A DNA stretch of 64,000 nt from Myxococcota bacterium (lineage in GTDB: Bacteria; Myxococcota_A; SURF-8): positions 2,112,001 through 2,176,000 of the forward strand of contig CAXXQS010000002.1 of NCBI GenBank assembly GCA_963674735.2, read 5' to 3'. This document shows, one piece after another, positions 9,547-19,789 of the stretch; position 1 is the stretch's first letter, and every line of letters begins with the position of its first letter. Under the pieces are notes generated by a model. The model made no database searches, was not told the DNA's origin, and worked only from the letters and a program-made list of their open reading frames with translations. Made by a program: the position numbers and the translations under genes.

Positions 9547-12543
9547 ATGCGCCTGATCGTACTATGCCTGTTTTTCGTGTCCGGGGCCACCGGGCTTGTG
9601 CTGGAAACCGTCTGGTTTCGCCAACTCGCCTTGATCTTCGGGTCCACCGGCTGGGCAGCCGGAACGGTGACCGGAGCCTTTCTGGGCGGGCTGGGGGTGG
9701 GCAGTCTGATTGCCTCGCGCCTGGCCGACCGCCTCAACCGGCGGCTGGCCGTCTACGGCGGTCTGGAGTTGTTTGTCGGTCTGTTCGCCTTGGCGTCGCC
9801 TTGGCTGATCGGGGCGCTGGACGCTTTGCAGTACCGCCTGTTGGGCGGGGCGATGTTGAGTGCCGGTTTCTATGCGGCCGTTCGTTTCGGCGTGGCGTTC
9901 GCGGCGCTTTTACCTGCCACCCTCGCCATGGGGGCCACCTTGCCGTTTCTGGCGCGCGCCGTGACCGAGCGCGAGACGGCCATCGGACGCCGCCTGGGTT
10001 CGTTGTACGGGGTGAACACCCTGGGTGCGTTCGCGGGGGCGTTGATCGGCGGATTTGCACTTCTGCCGATTCTGGGACAGGCGGCGTCCACGCGCGTTGC
10101 GGCCGCAGCGGCGTTGACGGTGGGAGCGGTGGCCCTCGCGCTCGGCCTGGTGTTGAAACCGACGGCCGCCCCGGCGGCCGAGGCGGCGCGCGCCCACGAC
10201 AAACCCCTGCGTCCCTACGTGCTTCTGGCTTTCTTCGTCTTTTCGTCGGGCTTTACGGCCATGCTGATCCAGGTGGCCATGACGCGCCTTCTGGCCATCG
10301 TGTTGGGCAGCTCGGTGTACAGCTTCACGCTGACGGTGGCCGTCTTTCTGGCGGGGATCGGGCTGGGCAGCCTGGTGTACGCCTTCGGCTTGTCGCGCCG
10401 CGTGAGCGACTACCTGGTGTTGGCGGTGTCGCAGGGCGTATTGGCGGGGTCGTTGGCGCTGGCGCTGCTGCTCGTCGACCGCATTCCCGGCTGGCTGTAC
10501 GTCTATGCCGGAACCGACCTGGTGGGGGTTCCCTCGATTTTCTTCGTGCATGCGGGTTTCATCGCCCTGCTGCTGTTTTTGCCGACTCTGGCCATGGGTG
10601 CGGCCTTTCCCGCCGCCATGCGGCTGATCGCCGCCGGGGTTTCCCGGCTGGGCCGCGACGTGGGCTGGGCGTATTTCCTCAACACCCTGGGTTCCATCGT
10701 GGGCAGCTTCGGCGCCGCTTTCGTGTTGATTCCGAATCTCGGGCTGCATGCCACCCTGGTGTACGCCATCGGGCTGGCCATCTTCTGGGCCGGGGCTTTT
10801 TCGGCGATACGCGGCGGCTTTCTGTTGCGGCGGCGCTTGTTGGTGGCCGCGCCGCTGGTGTTGGTGGCGATGCTCATGGCGCAGTCGTTGCCGCGCTTTG
10901 ATTTGGAGCAGCTGACCTCGGGCATGTTCCGTGTGGGGCTGGCCAAGAAAGTGGCGGCGCAGAAATCCAAGGCGCGCTCGACGCTTTTGTATTACCGCGA
11001 CGGACCAGTGGGCTCGGTATCGGTGGAGAAGCTGGGCGATGTTCTGTCGATGCGCGTCAACGGCAAGGTGGAGGCCAGCAATCGATTCGATATGCCCACG
11101 CAGATTTTGGCCGGGCTGCTGCCGGTTCTGTTGCAGGAACGCGCGACAGGTCAGCGGGCGGCGTTGATCGGCTACGGGTCGGGCGTGACCGCCGGGGCCA
11201 TGCTGAGTGCGCCGATTGCCGGTTTGGCGGCGGTGGAGCTGGAGCCGCGTGTTTTGGAAGCGGCACGCTTTTTCAAGGGCGTGAACTTCGCGGCGGAGAG
11301 CGACGAGCGGTTGCAACTCGTAGTGGGCGACGCACGCACGGTGCTGGGGTACAGTGCGTTGAAGTTCGACGTGATCGTCTCGGAGCCGTCCAATCCCTGG
11401 GTGGCGGGGGCGTCGGGATTGTTCACGCGCGACTTTTACGAGCTGATGCGGGCGCGTCTGTCCGAGGACGGTGTGTACGCGCAGTGGGTGCAGCTCTATG
11501 AAATGTCGGCCGAGCATTTGCGCTCGCTGGTGCGCAGCTTCCGGGCCGTTTTTCCCAATACGCTGGTTTTTTCCACCTCCGAACGCGGGGTGGACCTGGT
11601 GTTGTTGGGGCGCGCCAAGCCCTGGACGCTGGATGTGGGGGCGTTGATGGAACGCACGGCGCGACCGGCCGTGCAGGCGGCGCTCAAAAAAGCCGGTGTG
11701 GGCGGCGGGCTGGATATTCTGGCGCTGTTGGCCGTCACCGATGCGGAGTTGCAGGATTTCGTAGGCGAGGGACCGCTCAACACCGACGACAACGGGCTGA
11801 TCGAGTTTGCCGCGCCCAAGGACATGCTGTTTTACGAGGAGTATGCCGAGAACATCGTCGATTTCCATTTCTCGGTCGAACGCGGGCGGCTGCTGCCGCT
11901 TCTGACGAATCTCGGCGATACGCATGAACGGCGTGCCGAGAACCTGGCGCGGATCGCGTTGCATCTGCTGGCGCGCGGGCGCACAGACGTGGCCTATGAA
12001 ATCGCCTCGGCTTCGCGCAAGCAGGCGGTGGTGGCGCTGGCGGACGAAGTGCAGGAAGTGTGCGAGCTGATCTATCTCAAGCCGCGCGAGTGGCCGCCGT
12101 TGCCCAACGGTTGGCTGGTGAGTGAAAGCAAGGGCGAGGGCTACCTGTTGCTGGCGGCGGGCATGTCGCTCGATCAGAACGTGGAGGCGCTGGAAGCGGC
12201 CATGAAGCTGATGGAGGACGATCCCGACCCGCGTTTGCGTTACCTGGCCGGGGCGCTGGCGCTGAAAACCCTGCAATTCGAGGCGGCGGAAAAGTGGCTG
12301 GTGGTCCTGGCGGAGGACGCCGCTTTCCGCGCGGCGCATCCCGAGGTGGATTTCTTCGCGGGCCGGGCGCTCGATCGGCAGATGAAGTTCGGGCAGGCCA
12401 CGCGGCATCTGGCGCGTTACAATCAGGTGCGTCGCAAGCTGGGCTGGCCCCTGGCCTTTTTGCCCGAAGCCGCCCCGGCGGATGCGCCCGTTTCTCCGGA
12501 CGACGCGGCTCCGACCGAAGCCGCACCGCCTCTACCCGAGTAG
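9547..12543 (+). CDS. Fused membrane/spermidine-synthase-like SAM-dependent transferase with helical C-terminal region
   Basis: SGATGL, two LYGVNTLG/YFLNTLG repeats, IGYGSGVT, VELEP, GDAR, FDVIVSEPSNPW, NTDDN; RBS GAGGAG before ATG 9547. Confidence 0.9.
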   Translation: MRLIVLCLFFVSGATGLVLETVWFRQLALIFGSTGWAAGTVTGAFLGGLGVGSLIASRLADRLNRRLAVYGGLELFVGLFALASPWLIGALDALQYRLLGGAMLSAGFYAAVRFGVAFAALLPATLAMGATLPFLARAVTERETAIGRRLGSLYGVNTLGAFAGALIGGFALLPILGQAASTRVAAAAALTVGAVALALGLVLKPTAAPAAEAARAHDKPLRPYVLLAFFVFSSGFTAMLIQVAMTRLLAIVLGSSVYSFTLTVAVFLAGIGLGSLVYAFGLSRRVSDYLVLAVSQGVLAGSLALALLLVDRIPGWLYVYAGTDLVGVPSIFFVHAGFIALLLFLPTLAMGAAFPAAMRLIAAGVSRLGRDVGWAYFLNTLGSIVGSFGAAFVLIPNLGLHATLVYAIGLAIFWAGAFSAIRGGFLLRRRLLVAAPLVLVAMLMAQSLPRFDLEQLTSGMFRVGLAKKVAAQKSKARSTLLYYRDGPVGSVSVEKLGDVLSMRVNGKVEASNRFDMPTQILAGLLPVLLQERATGQRAALIGYGSGVTAGAMLSAPIAGLAAVELEPRVLEAARFFKGVNFAAESDERLQLVVGDARTVLGYSALKFDVIVSEPSNPWVAGASGLFTRDFYELMRARLSEDGVYAQWVQLYEMSAEHLRSLVRSFRAVFPNTLVFSTSERGVDLVLLGRAKPWTLDVGALMERTARPAVQAALKKAGVGGGLDILALLAVTDAELQDFVGEGPLNTDDNGLIEFAAPKDMLFYEEYAENIVDFHFSVERGRLLPLLTNLGDTHERRAENLARIALHLLARGRTDVAYEIASASRKQAVVALADEVQEVCELIYLKPREWPPLPNGWLVSESKGEGYLLLAAGMSLDQNVEALEAAMKLMEDDPDPRLRYLAGALALKTLQFEAAEKWLVVLAEDAAFRAAHPEVDFFAGRALDRQMKFGQATRHLARYNQVRRKLGWPLAFLPEAAPADAPVSPDDAAPTEAAPPLPE

Positions 12544-12554
12544 CGTTCCGCCGT

Positions 12555-15500
12555 TTACGGCAGGTCGATGGCGCAGCGGAAGCCGCTGGCGTAGGTCCAG
12601 TTCACCGTTCCTTCGGGCGGCAGGCTGAAACGGTTGGACAGGCGTAGTTCCACCGCTTCGGCGTAGAAGTTGCCGCCGCGCAGGCTGCGGTAGGTGCAGA
12701 CGCCGCCGCTTTCCGAGTAGCAGTCGGCGGTCCATTCCCACACATTGCCGAGCATGTCGTAAAGCCCGAAATCGTTGGGCAGCTTTTCGCCCACCGGGTG
12801 GGTGGCGAAAGAGGCGTTGTCCTGGTACCAGGCGATGGCGTCGAGGCAGCCGGCGTCGTCGCCGCAGCCGTAACGCGAGGTGGTTCCGGCGCGCGCGGCG
12901 TATTCCCATTCGGCTTCGCTGGGCAGACGCGCATCGAGGGCCGCGCAGAACGCCTGGGCCTGGCTCCAGGTCACGTTTTCCACCGGGCAATCGGGACAGC
13001 CGCCGAAGGTGCTGGGGTTGACGCCCATCACCAGCTCGAACTGTTCCTGCGTGATTTCGGTGGCGGTGAGATTGAAGCCGTCGCCCATGTACTGGGTCTG
13101 GCCCGCTTCGTCCGGCTCGCAGTCGGGGTCTTCGATGGAACAGCCCATGGCGAAGGAACCCGGACAGATATAGGCGTAGTCGAGTTCCACCAGCGGTCCG
13201 CTCTCATCTTCCACATCGCCATCTATCACGCTATCTTCATCGCCGTCAGTCGGTACGTCGCCGTCTGTGGGCACATCGCCGTCCGTTGGCACATCGCCGT
13301 CAGTCGGTACGTCGCCGTCTGTGGGCATGTCGCCGTCTGTGGGCACGTCGCCGTCAGTGGGCACGTCGCCGTCGGTTGGGACATCGCCGTCCGTTGGCAC
13401 GTCGCCATCTGTCGGGACGTCGCCATCTGTCGGGACATCGCCATCTGTCGGGACATCGCCGTCTGTGGGCACGTCGCCATCTGTCGGGACATCGCCATCT
13501 GTGGGCACGTCGCCGTCTGTGGGCACATCGCCATCTGTCGGGACGTCGCCGTCTGTGGGCACATCGCCATCTGTCGGGACGTCGCCGTCTGTGGGCACAT
13601 CGCCATCTGTCGGGACATCGCCGTCAGTTGGGACGTCGCCGTCCGTTGGCACGTCGCCGTCTGTGGGCACGTCGCCATCTGTCGGGACGTCGCCATCTGT
13701 GGGCACGTCGCCGTCAGTCGGTACGTCGCCGTCTGTGGGCACGTCGCCATCTGTCGGATCATCGCCATCTGTCGGGACATCGCCATCTGTCGGGACATCG
13801 CCGTCTGTGGGTACGTCGCCGTCAGTCGGTACGTCGCCATCTGTGGGTACGTCGCCGTCTGTGGGTACGTCGCCGTCGGTGGGGACATCGCCGTCTGTGG
13901 GCACGTCGCCGTCAGTCGGGACATCGCCATCTGTGGGTACATCGCCGTCGGTCGGGACATCGCCGTCGGGCTCGTCTCCGTCTATTGGAATGGATTGGGG
14001 CTCACGGGCGCAACGGAAACCGACGCCGTGTTCGTACACCTGCGCCGGGTTGCCGGCGGCCCGCGCCGAGGCGCGCATGGACCAGGTGTAGCAACCCCAA
14101 CAGCCGCCGCGCATCACGCGCTGCGAGCAGTCGCCACCCTCCCAGACGCCGCCATCGGACGGCGCGTCGCTGTAGTCGGGGTGCACGCAGTCGGCCGACC
14201 ATTCCCACACGTTGCCCAGCATGTCGTAAAAGCCCCAGTCATTGGGCGATTTCTGCGCCACTATGTGCGCGTCGGGGCCCTCGCTCCAGGCGATCTCGTC
14301 GAGGCAGGCGTAATCGTCGCCGCAATAAAAACGGGTGGAGGTGCCCGCCCGCGCGGCATATTCCCACTCGGCTTCGGAGGGCAGCCGCCCGCCCACGGAA
14401 CGGCAGAAGCGGTCGGCGTCGTACCAGGTGACGGCTTCCACCGGGCAGTTTCCGCAACCGTCGCTGAAGCTCGGGTGCCAGCCGATGACCTCTTCATATT
14501 GGGACATCGTGACTTCGGTGGCAAGCATTTCGAAAGCCGCTACCGAGACCGCGTGACGCGGTTCTTCGGAACCGGTGGGATGGCAGTCGGCATCGTTGAC
14601 CGAACAGCCCATCTGGAAGCCGCCGGCTGCAACCGGCAGCCAATCGAGGGCGACGTCGGTCACCACCTCGATTTCCTCATCCGTGTCGCCGTCCACATCG
14701 CCATCGGCATCCGGATGACACTCGGCCGGTTCGTCGGTGAGACCGTTGCAGTCGTTATCCAGGTCGTCGCAGATTTCCGCCACGCCCGGATGCACGGCGG
14801 GGTTGTTTTCGTCGCAATCGAGCAGGCCGGGGCAGTCGCCGAAGCCGTCGGCGTCGCGGTCGTTGCGGTCGTCGGCCACGCCGTTGCAGTCCCAGTCGAG
14901 ACCGTCGCAGCGCTCGGCTGCGGGCGAAAGGCCGCCCGTGCATTCAACCTCCACCGCGCAACTGGCCGCATCGATCGCGCAGGCATAGACGCCCGCCGCA
15001 TTGAGGCAGCGTCCGGCCGAGCCTTGGTAGCAGGACTGGGATTGCCCGACGCGCCAATAATCCGGATCGGCCATGCATAGCGCCAAGGGGTCGTGTTCGT
15101 CGGTCGCGCCGTCGCAATCGTTGTCCAACCCGTCGGAGCAGGTGGCGTCGTCGAGTGCGCCGAGGCCGCAGGCCGACACGGTTACAGGGCATTCGTCGGC
15201 GAGATAACCGGACGGGTAGGCGCAGATCCACAGGCCCGCCGAACAGACATTCTGCGCCGCGCCGTCGGCACAAATTCCGGCGGTCGGACAGCGGCTTTCC
15301 ACGGGCGCGTCCGAGCCCGGCAGCGCTTCATCGGTCTGGCCGTCGCAATCGTTATCGCGGTTGTCGCAGGTTTCAGCCGTCGGGCCGACAGCGCCGAGAC
15401 AGGGGCCCCAAGCCGCGTTGGCGCAGAGTTGCGTACCCGTGCTGCACAGGCCGGTGTCGCTGCCGCAACTGCGCGTGAGGTTCTCGTCGGTCTGGCCGTC

Positions 15501-17150
15501 GCAATCGTTGTCCAGTCCGTCGCAGTCTTCCACGCGCGGTCCGACGATGTCGCCCGTGCAGTCGCTCCAGCGGTTGTCGCTGCAGCTTTGCACGCCCGCG
15601 ACGCATTCGCCTTCGTTCGTGCCGCCACAGATGCGTTCGCTGCCGTTGGCGCATTCGAAGCCTTCGTCGGCCTGTCCGTCGCAGTCGTCGTCGCGCTGGT
15701 TGTAGACTTCTTCGCCCGGCGTACAGACCTGATCGAGGCAGGAGCCGCAGCTGCAGTCGTCGTCGCTGTCGCAGGAGCGCACCACCACGCCCTGAATGGC
15801 CAGCCCGCCGTAACCGTATTGGGCGATGAAATCGTAGGTGAACTGGCCGTAGCCGTTGTCGCCCCAATAGGGACTCCAGGAATTGAGGAAGGTGAAGCGG
15901 CGTGAGCTTTGATCGTAGCCGACGATTAAAATGGCGTGGCCGCCGTAGTAGCCGTCGCTGCCGGTCGGGACGTCGATCACGGTGTTGCGTCCCCACACCG
16001 ACCAGGCCGAGCCGTAAACCGGGACGCCGTAAATCACGTTCTGCCCGGCGGCCAGGGCGTCTTCGAGCTGGGAGATGCTACGGCCGTAAACATTGTAGGG
16101 GCCGACGCCGCGCAGGCGACCCAGGGCGTTTTCGTCGAATCCGCTCGGTGCTGATTGCAGCCATCCGATGCAGGAATTACCCGATGCGTAGCCGCTGCAG
16201 TCGTAGGTCCAGGCCTCGTCGGTGACGAGGTAGCGCGAACCGGTGACGGCCGTCACCACGCGCGAGAGATAGGTGCCGTCGGTGCAGGAGAGCGAGAGGC
16301 CCGCCATCGACCAGGCATGAGTTTGCGAAAGATCGGTATTGGTGGAGAGGCTTTCGACCTGCAACGCTTCGAGCCCGTGGACCGTGGCGAAAGCCACGCA
16401 GGTGCCGCAGGCGCCCTGATCGTCGGCCTGGCCGAGCCCATCATCCAAATACTCGCTACGATGATCGACCGCGCTCGGAACGGACAAGGTTGGTTCGCTC
16501 GCTCCGCCGATTTTGGGAAAATACAGCGGAGGCGCATCGCCCAGCGGATTGCCCGGCGGCAGGCAGACGCTGCGTCCGTTGCCGATGTCGAAGGGATTGC
16601 AGCCCGGCGCGGGCGGATCGTCCAGACAGTGTAATTCGTAATCGTAAAAGCCGTCGGGGCACTCGCAGAAGGGTCGGTCGGCTTCGTCGACGAAGCATTC
16701 GCCCACGCCGCAATCAACGCCCTGGCAGGGGTCGGCGGCGTCGTTTGGGACGCAGGCCAGTTTGCGCGCGTGATAGCCGGGCAGGCACAGGCAGGCGGGT
16801 TGTTCGTCGATGACGACACAACGCCCCCAACCGGAGCAAAAAACACCCATGCAAAGATCGTCGCGGACCGCCGCCTCGATCGGATCGTCCGTCGCCGGTC
16901 CCGGATCGACGAGGTCGCTGTCGGTTTCGCTGACGGCCTCGAAATCGCCGTCGCCGCTGATTTCGTCATCGGAATCGCCGTCGAGCGGCACGCAATTTCC
17001 CGAGGCGTCGTCGAAACGTTCGCCCGCCAGGCAAAGACCCGCATCGAAATCGCCGAAATCGCCGCCCAGCGGGCCCGACGAACAGGCTGCCAACAGGCTC
17101 ATGACGATTAAAAGCGATGTGAAATCAGTGATGTAAGAGCGAATCGGCAT
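12555..17150 (-). CDS. Giant multidomain lipoprotein: EGF-like repeats, papain-family C1 peptidase, CDGLDNDCDG (MopE-type) repeats, two FGE/SUMF1 domains
   Basis: Lipobox LAAC; DQGACGTC, GGHAILIVGYD, NSWSPYWGDNGY; two copies of RLPSEAEWEYAARAG...DMLGNVWEW...RGG...GFRC. Confidence 0.9.
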   Translation of the reverse strand: MPIRSYITDFTSLLIVMSLLAACSSGPLGGDFGDFDAGLCLAGERFDDASGNCVPLDGDSDDEISGDGDFEAVSETDSDLVDPGPATDDPIEAAVRDDLCMGVFCSGWGRCVVIDEQPACLCLPGYHARKLACVPNDAADPCQGVDCGVGECFVDEADRPFCECPDGFYDYELHCLDDPPAPGCNPFDIGNGRSVCLPPGNPLGDAPPLYFPKIGGASEPTLSVPSAVDHRSEYLDDGLGQADDQGACGTCVAFATVHGLEALQVESLSTNTDLSQTHAWSMAGLSLSCTDGTYLSRVVTAVTGSRYLVTDEAWTYDCSGYASGNSCIGWLQSAPSGFDENALGRLRGVGPYNVYGRSISQLEDALAAGQNVIYGVPVYGSAWSVWGRNTVIDVPTGSDGYYGGHAILIVGYDQSSRRFTFLNSWSPYWGDNGYGQFTYDFIAQYGYGGLAIQGVVVRSCDSDDDCSCGSCLDQVCTPGEEVYNQRDDDCDGQADEGFECANGSERICGGTNEGECVAGVQSCSDNRWSDCTGDIVGPRVEDCDGLDNDCDGQTDENLTRSCGSDTGLCSTGTQLCANAAWGPCLGAVGPTAETCDNRDNDCDGQTDEALPGSDAPVESRCPTAGICADGAAQNVCSAGLWICAYPSGYLADECPVTVSACGLGALDDATCSDGLDNDCDGATDEHDPLALCMADPDYWRVGQSQSCYQGSAGRCLNAAGVYACAIDAASCAVEVECTGGLSPAAERCDGLDWDCNGVADDRNDRDADGFGDCPGLLDCDENNPAVHPGVAEICDDLDNDCNGLTDEPAECHPDADGDVDGDTDEEIEVVTDVALDWLPVAAGGFQMGCSVNDADCHPTGSEEPRHAVSVAAFEMLATEVTMSQYEEVIGWHPSFSDGCGNCPVEAVTWYDADRFCRSVGGRLPSEAEWEYAARAGTSTRFYCGDDYACLDEIAWSEGPDAHIVAQKSPNDWGFYDMLGNVWEWSADCVHPDYSDAPSDGGVWEGGDCSQRVMRGGCWGCYTWSMRASARAAGNPAQVYEHGVGFRCAREPQSIPIDGDEPDGDVPTDGDVPTDGDVPTDGDVPTDGDVPTDGDVPTDGDVPTDGDVPTDGDVPTDGDVPTDGDVPTDGDDPTDGDVPTDGDVPTDGDVPTDGDVPTDGDVPTDGDVPTDGDVPTDGDVPTDGDVPTDGDVPTDGDVPTDGDVPTDGDVPTDGDVPTDGDVPTDGDVPTDGDVPTDGDVPTDGDVPTDGDVPTDGDVPTDGDVPTDGDVPTDGDMPTDGDVPTDGDVPTDGDVPTDGDVPTDGDEDSVIDGDVEDESGPLVELDYAYICPGSFAMGCSIEDPDCEPDEAGQTQYMGDGFNLTATEITQEQFELVMGVNPSTFGGCPDCPVENVTWSQAQAFCAALDARLPSEAEWEYAARAGTTSRYGCGDDAGCLDAIAWYQDNASFATHPVGEKLPNDFGLYDMLGNVWEWTADCYSESGGVCTYRSLRGGNFYAEAVELRLSNRFSLPPEGTVNWTYASGFRCAIDLP
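13248..13967 (-). repeat. Coding 18-bp tandem array, 40 units of DGDVPT
   Basis: 720 bp parsed into 40 units; only two non-synonymous variants (DGDMPT, DGDDPT). Confidence 0.97.
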
Positions 17151-18003
17151 GTTGTCATCTCCCGCATGGCAAACCCCTATTCAAGTGTACAATCGGCTTT
17201 CGGCCCATATTCTTGACCGAAAAGTTAATTGTTATAAACATAGAAATATTTATAGTGTAAAATAAGTGTACACCATTTCGTGCCTGCAACCTCGCAGGCG
17301 GATGGGTCGCGGCTGGGTTGGATAGGCCGAGGCCTCAACGCCGAACGGGAAGTCGAAAAATAGATGTAGAGGAGTTGATAGGCACCCGACCACCCGCAGC
17401 GGCCTTACGGGGGCACACGAAGTAAGGTAGGACTATGAAAATACAAATAAATGCTTGATGCACAAAACCATCGGCGGTCTGTTGCGCGGCCTGCCGCGTG
17501 CGCGGGATGAAATCGTAACGAGCGGGAATCACAAGGGAAAACACGGATTCCGGCGGAGCAAGCCGGGCCAGGTCGAGGCTGTTTTGGTGAAAACGTGAAA
17601 AGATGTGTAAAAACAGGCAGATATCGTATCGACTTTGGCATGCCAAATAAATATAGATAATGGAATATAGTTAATATATTAGAGTATGCGCAACAAAACA
17701 ACCATAGAAACAACGAAAAACAGCTGTATGGACGCGTGAAAACGGAGCGTAACAATGGTGTAAGTGCTCGTAATAAAACATGAATACCGGCAGTACGCAG
17801 AGACCGGCGAGGCTTGCGGAACAACCGCCACGAAGGCCGGATTCGCAGGTTGCGGCGCACAGGTGTGACATATTAGGGCAAGCCGAGTAATCCGACCGGA
17901 AACGTTCCTGGGTGCTCTCGCAACGGCGGCGCAAACCGCGCAGCGGGCGCAACAAGCGCAAAACCACCTGACCGTGCGGGACGGCGAGGAGAGACGTGAT
18001 TAT

Positions 18004-18029
18004 AAAAAAAGAGAGCCATGTGGCTCTCT
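18004..18029 (-). terminator. Intrinsic terminator of the POT-like transporter
   Basis: Inverted repeat agagagcca/tggctctct plus T-run on the minus strand. Confidence 0.75.
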
Positions 18030-18056
18030 AAATTGTCGTTAGGCCGGGTGCTCGGC

Positions 18057-19574
18057 TCAGGCCGATTCCGGAGCGGTCTCCTCCGATCGGGTCGGGTCGT
18101 CGCCGGGCGGGTCGTCGTGGCCCGAAGCATCGTCGTCATCATGGTCGGACAACACCTCGACGCCATCGCCGCCCTGGATGATTTTCTTGAAGAACAGGAT
18201 CAAAAGCGGTGAGGAGATGGTCATCAAGCCGATGACGAACCACATGATTTCGCCCTGACACGTGGTGTGCGCCACCACGCCTTCGCAGGCGCCCTCCATC
18301 AATTCGCCGTCGCAGGTGGGCGTTTGCGGACAATAGCCCGCCAGCATGTAACCCGACATGCCGCCGACCATGAGCTTGGCGACGAACATCGGCGCGGCGG
18401 AAAGCGCCATATAGCTGCCCTCGCGGCCTTTGGGTGCGATCATGGCTGTATATTCATACAAACGTGGCGACCAGAACGCCTCGCCCACCGAGAGCACGAC
18501 CACAAACGCAATGGCGGCCCAGTAGGGCGTGATGAAATCGAACGCGCTGCGGGCGCTCGGTCCCAGGCACAGGAAAAACACCGACAGTGACGAAATCAGG
18601 GTGCCGTACACGATCATTTTGAAGGCCGAAACCTTCGCGGTAAAGGCCGTAACCAGCGGCACGATGAAGATGATCAGGAAGGGATTGATGCCGATAATCG
18701 TGCCCCAGGGCGCACCCATGCCGAATTCCCGCTCCATGTATTTTGGAAACGTGGCGTCCATGTGGCGGAAAATAAAGCGTACGCCGATGAGCAGAACGAT
18801 GAATAAGAGGAAGCGCCAGAAACGCGAGGTGGAGGCGATTTCCCACATGATCTGCCAGGGCGCACCCGTTTTGGGTTTGAACTTTTTGGCCTGGCCCTCG
18901 CTGGAGACGTCGATTTCACGCACGAAAAATATCGAGACGATCAGCATCAAGAACGTGGCGATGGTGCCGGTAAACAGAATCAGGCGGTAGTGGGACAAAT
19001 GCGTGGGAGCCATCAGACCCAGGAAATCCGTATCGATCCCCGCTTCGAAGGTGTATTTGAACGCGTCGACCAGCGGCGCGGCCAACAGCGCCGCGATGTT
19101 CATCATGACGTAGAACAGGGAAAAGCCGAAGGAGCGATTCGAGTCGTTGGTGTAGCGGCGAATGCCGGTCATCATGACCGGAATGCCGAGCGCCGTGCCG
19201 ATCGGTAAAATGGTATACAACATCGCCGACATGACGAAGGTACTGTCGGTGACCGTCATGATGAAGCGGCTGATCAGAAGCAGCACCGCCCCCAAAATCA
19301 GGGACCGCCGCACCCCCATGTTGTCGATGACGAAGCCGATCAGAAGCCCGTATACCGAAATCAGCATGCCGAACAGGCCGTAAGCCCAGCCCGCCTCGAT
19401 ATCGCTGAAGCCGAACTCGCGACTGAGGTAGAGAACCAGGATATAGGCCATGGAGAAATAGGCGTAACTCTCCAGAAATTTTAAGAAATAGACGATCCAT
19501 AGTTCACGTGGAGCGCCTTTGAGAACCGTGAATTTTTGTAGAAAGCCCTGCTCGGCCGTCTCGGTCTGACTCAT
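18057..19574 (-). CDS. MFS transporter, proton-dependent oligopeptide (POT/PTR)-like
   Basis: KFLESYAYF (ExxER-like), GFSLFYVMMNI, INP, GEAFWSPR, APKGREGSY; RBS GGAGGT before ATG 19574. Confidence 0.82.
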   Translation of the reverse strand: MSQTETAEQGFLQKFTVLKGAPRELWIVYFLKFLESYAYFSMAYILVLYLSREFGFSDIEAGWAYGLFGMLISVYGLLIGFVIDNMGVRRSLILGAVLLLISRFIMTVTDSTFVMSAMLYTILPIGTALGIPVMMTGIRRYTNDSNRSFGFSLFYVMMNIAALLAAPLVDAFKYTFEAGIDTDFLGLMAPTHLSHYRLILFTGTIATFLMLIVSIFFVREIDVSSEGQAKKFKPKTGAPWQIMWEIASTSRFWRFLLFIVLLIGVRFIFRHMDATFPKYMEREFGMGAPWGTIIGINPFLIIFIVPLVTAFTAKVSAFKMIVYGTLISSLSVFFLCLGPSARSAFDFITPYWAAIAFVVVLSVGEAFWSPRLYEYTAMIAPKGREGSYMALSAAPMFVAKLMVGGMSGYMLAGYCPQTPTCDGELMEGACEGVVAHTTCQGEIMWFVIGLMTISSPLLILFFKKIIQGGDGVEVLSDHDDDDASGHDDPPGDDPTRSEETAPESA

Positions 19575-19789
19575 GAAACCTCCGCGATGATGGGTGACGG
19601 TTCCATCCAGCTGTGAACATCTGGGACACAAACACCGGCTGCTTCCGGGGTTTGGGATATGGATCGAACCGCCAGAACTTTAGCGAAAATGGAGGTAAGG
19701 GTCAACCTTTTTCGGAAGCATCCCCATCGACAGGCTGGGAAAGCGCAGGCGGGAGTTGGCACGCGTCTCCGGCGGGCGCCGGACGGCGA

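Noticed and set aside
9910-12408. Long antisense ORFs (also 2514-4037, 6979-8544, 43764-45107, 58710-60188)
   Set aside because: Expected antisense shadows of GC-rich genes; no recognisable domains.
13248-13967. CRISPR array
   Set aside because: Units are contiguous, in-frame coding repeats without unique spacers, and there are no cas genes; the same holds for 3792-3923.
12555-14660. Diversity-generating retroelement (FGE/CLec domains are typical DGR targets)
   Set aside because: No reverse transcriptase, avd or template repeat in the window; the two FGE C-termini differ by indels and at non-adenine positions, so they are not a TR/VR pair. A remote DGR cannot be excluded.
12798-15080. Alternative-frame repeat ORFs (GTSPSV, VAICRD, RRHL repeats)
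   Set aside because: Shadows of the stop-free DGDVPT array; silent variation fits the DGDVPT frame, which is continuous with real domains.
17634-17650. sigma-54 promoter at TTGGCA
   Set aside because: No GC at the -12 position on either strand; kept only as a palindrome.
17925-17990. c-di-GMP-I riboswitch-like GCAAACC...GGGCGCAA
   Set aside because: Stem too short, no GAAA tetraloop, and orientation is opposite to the neighbouring genes.
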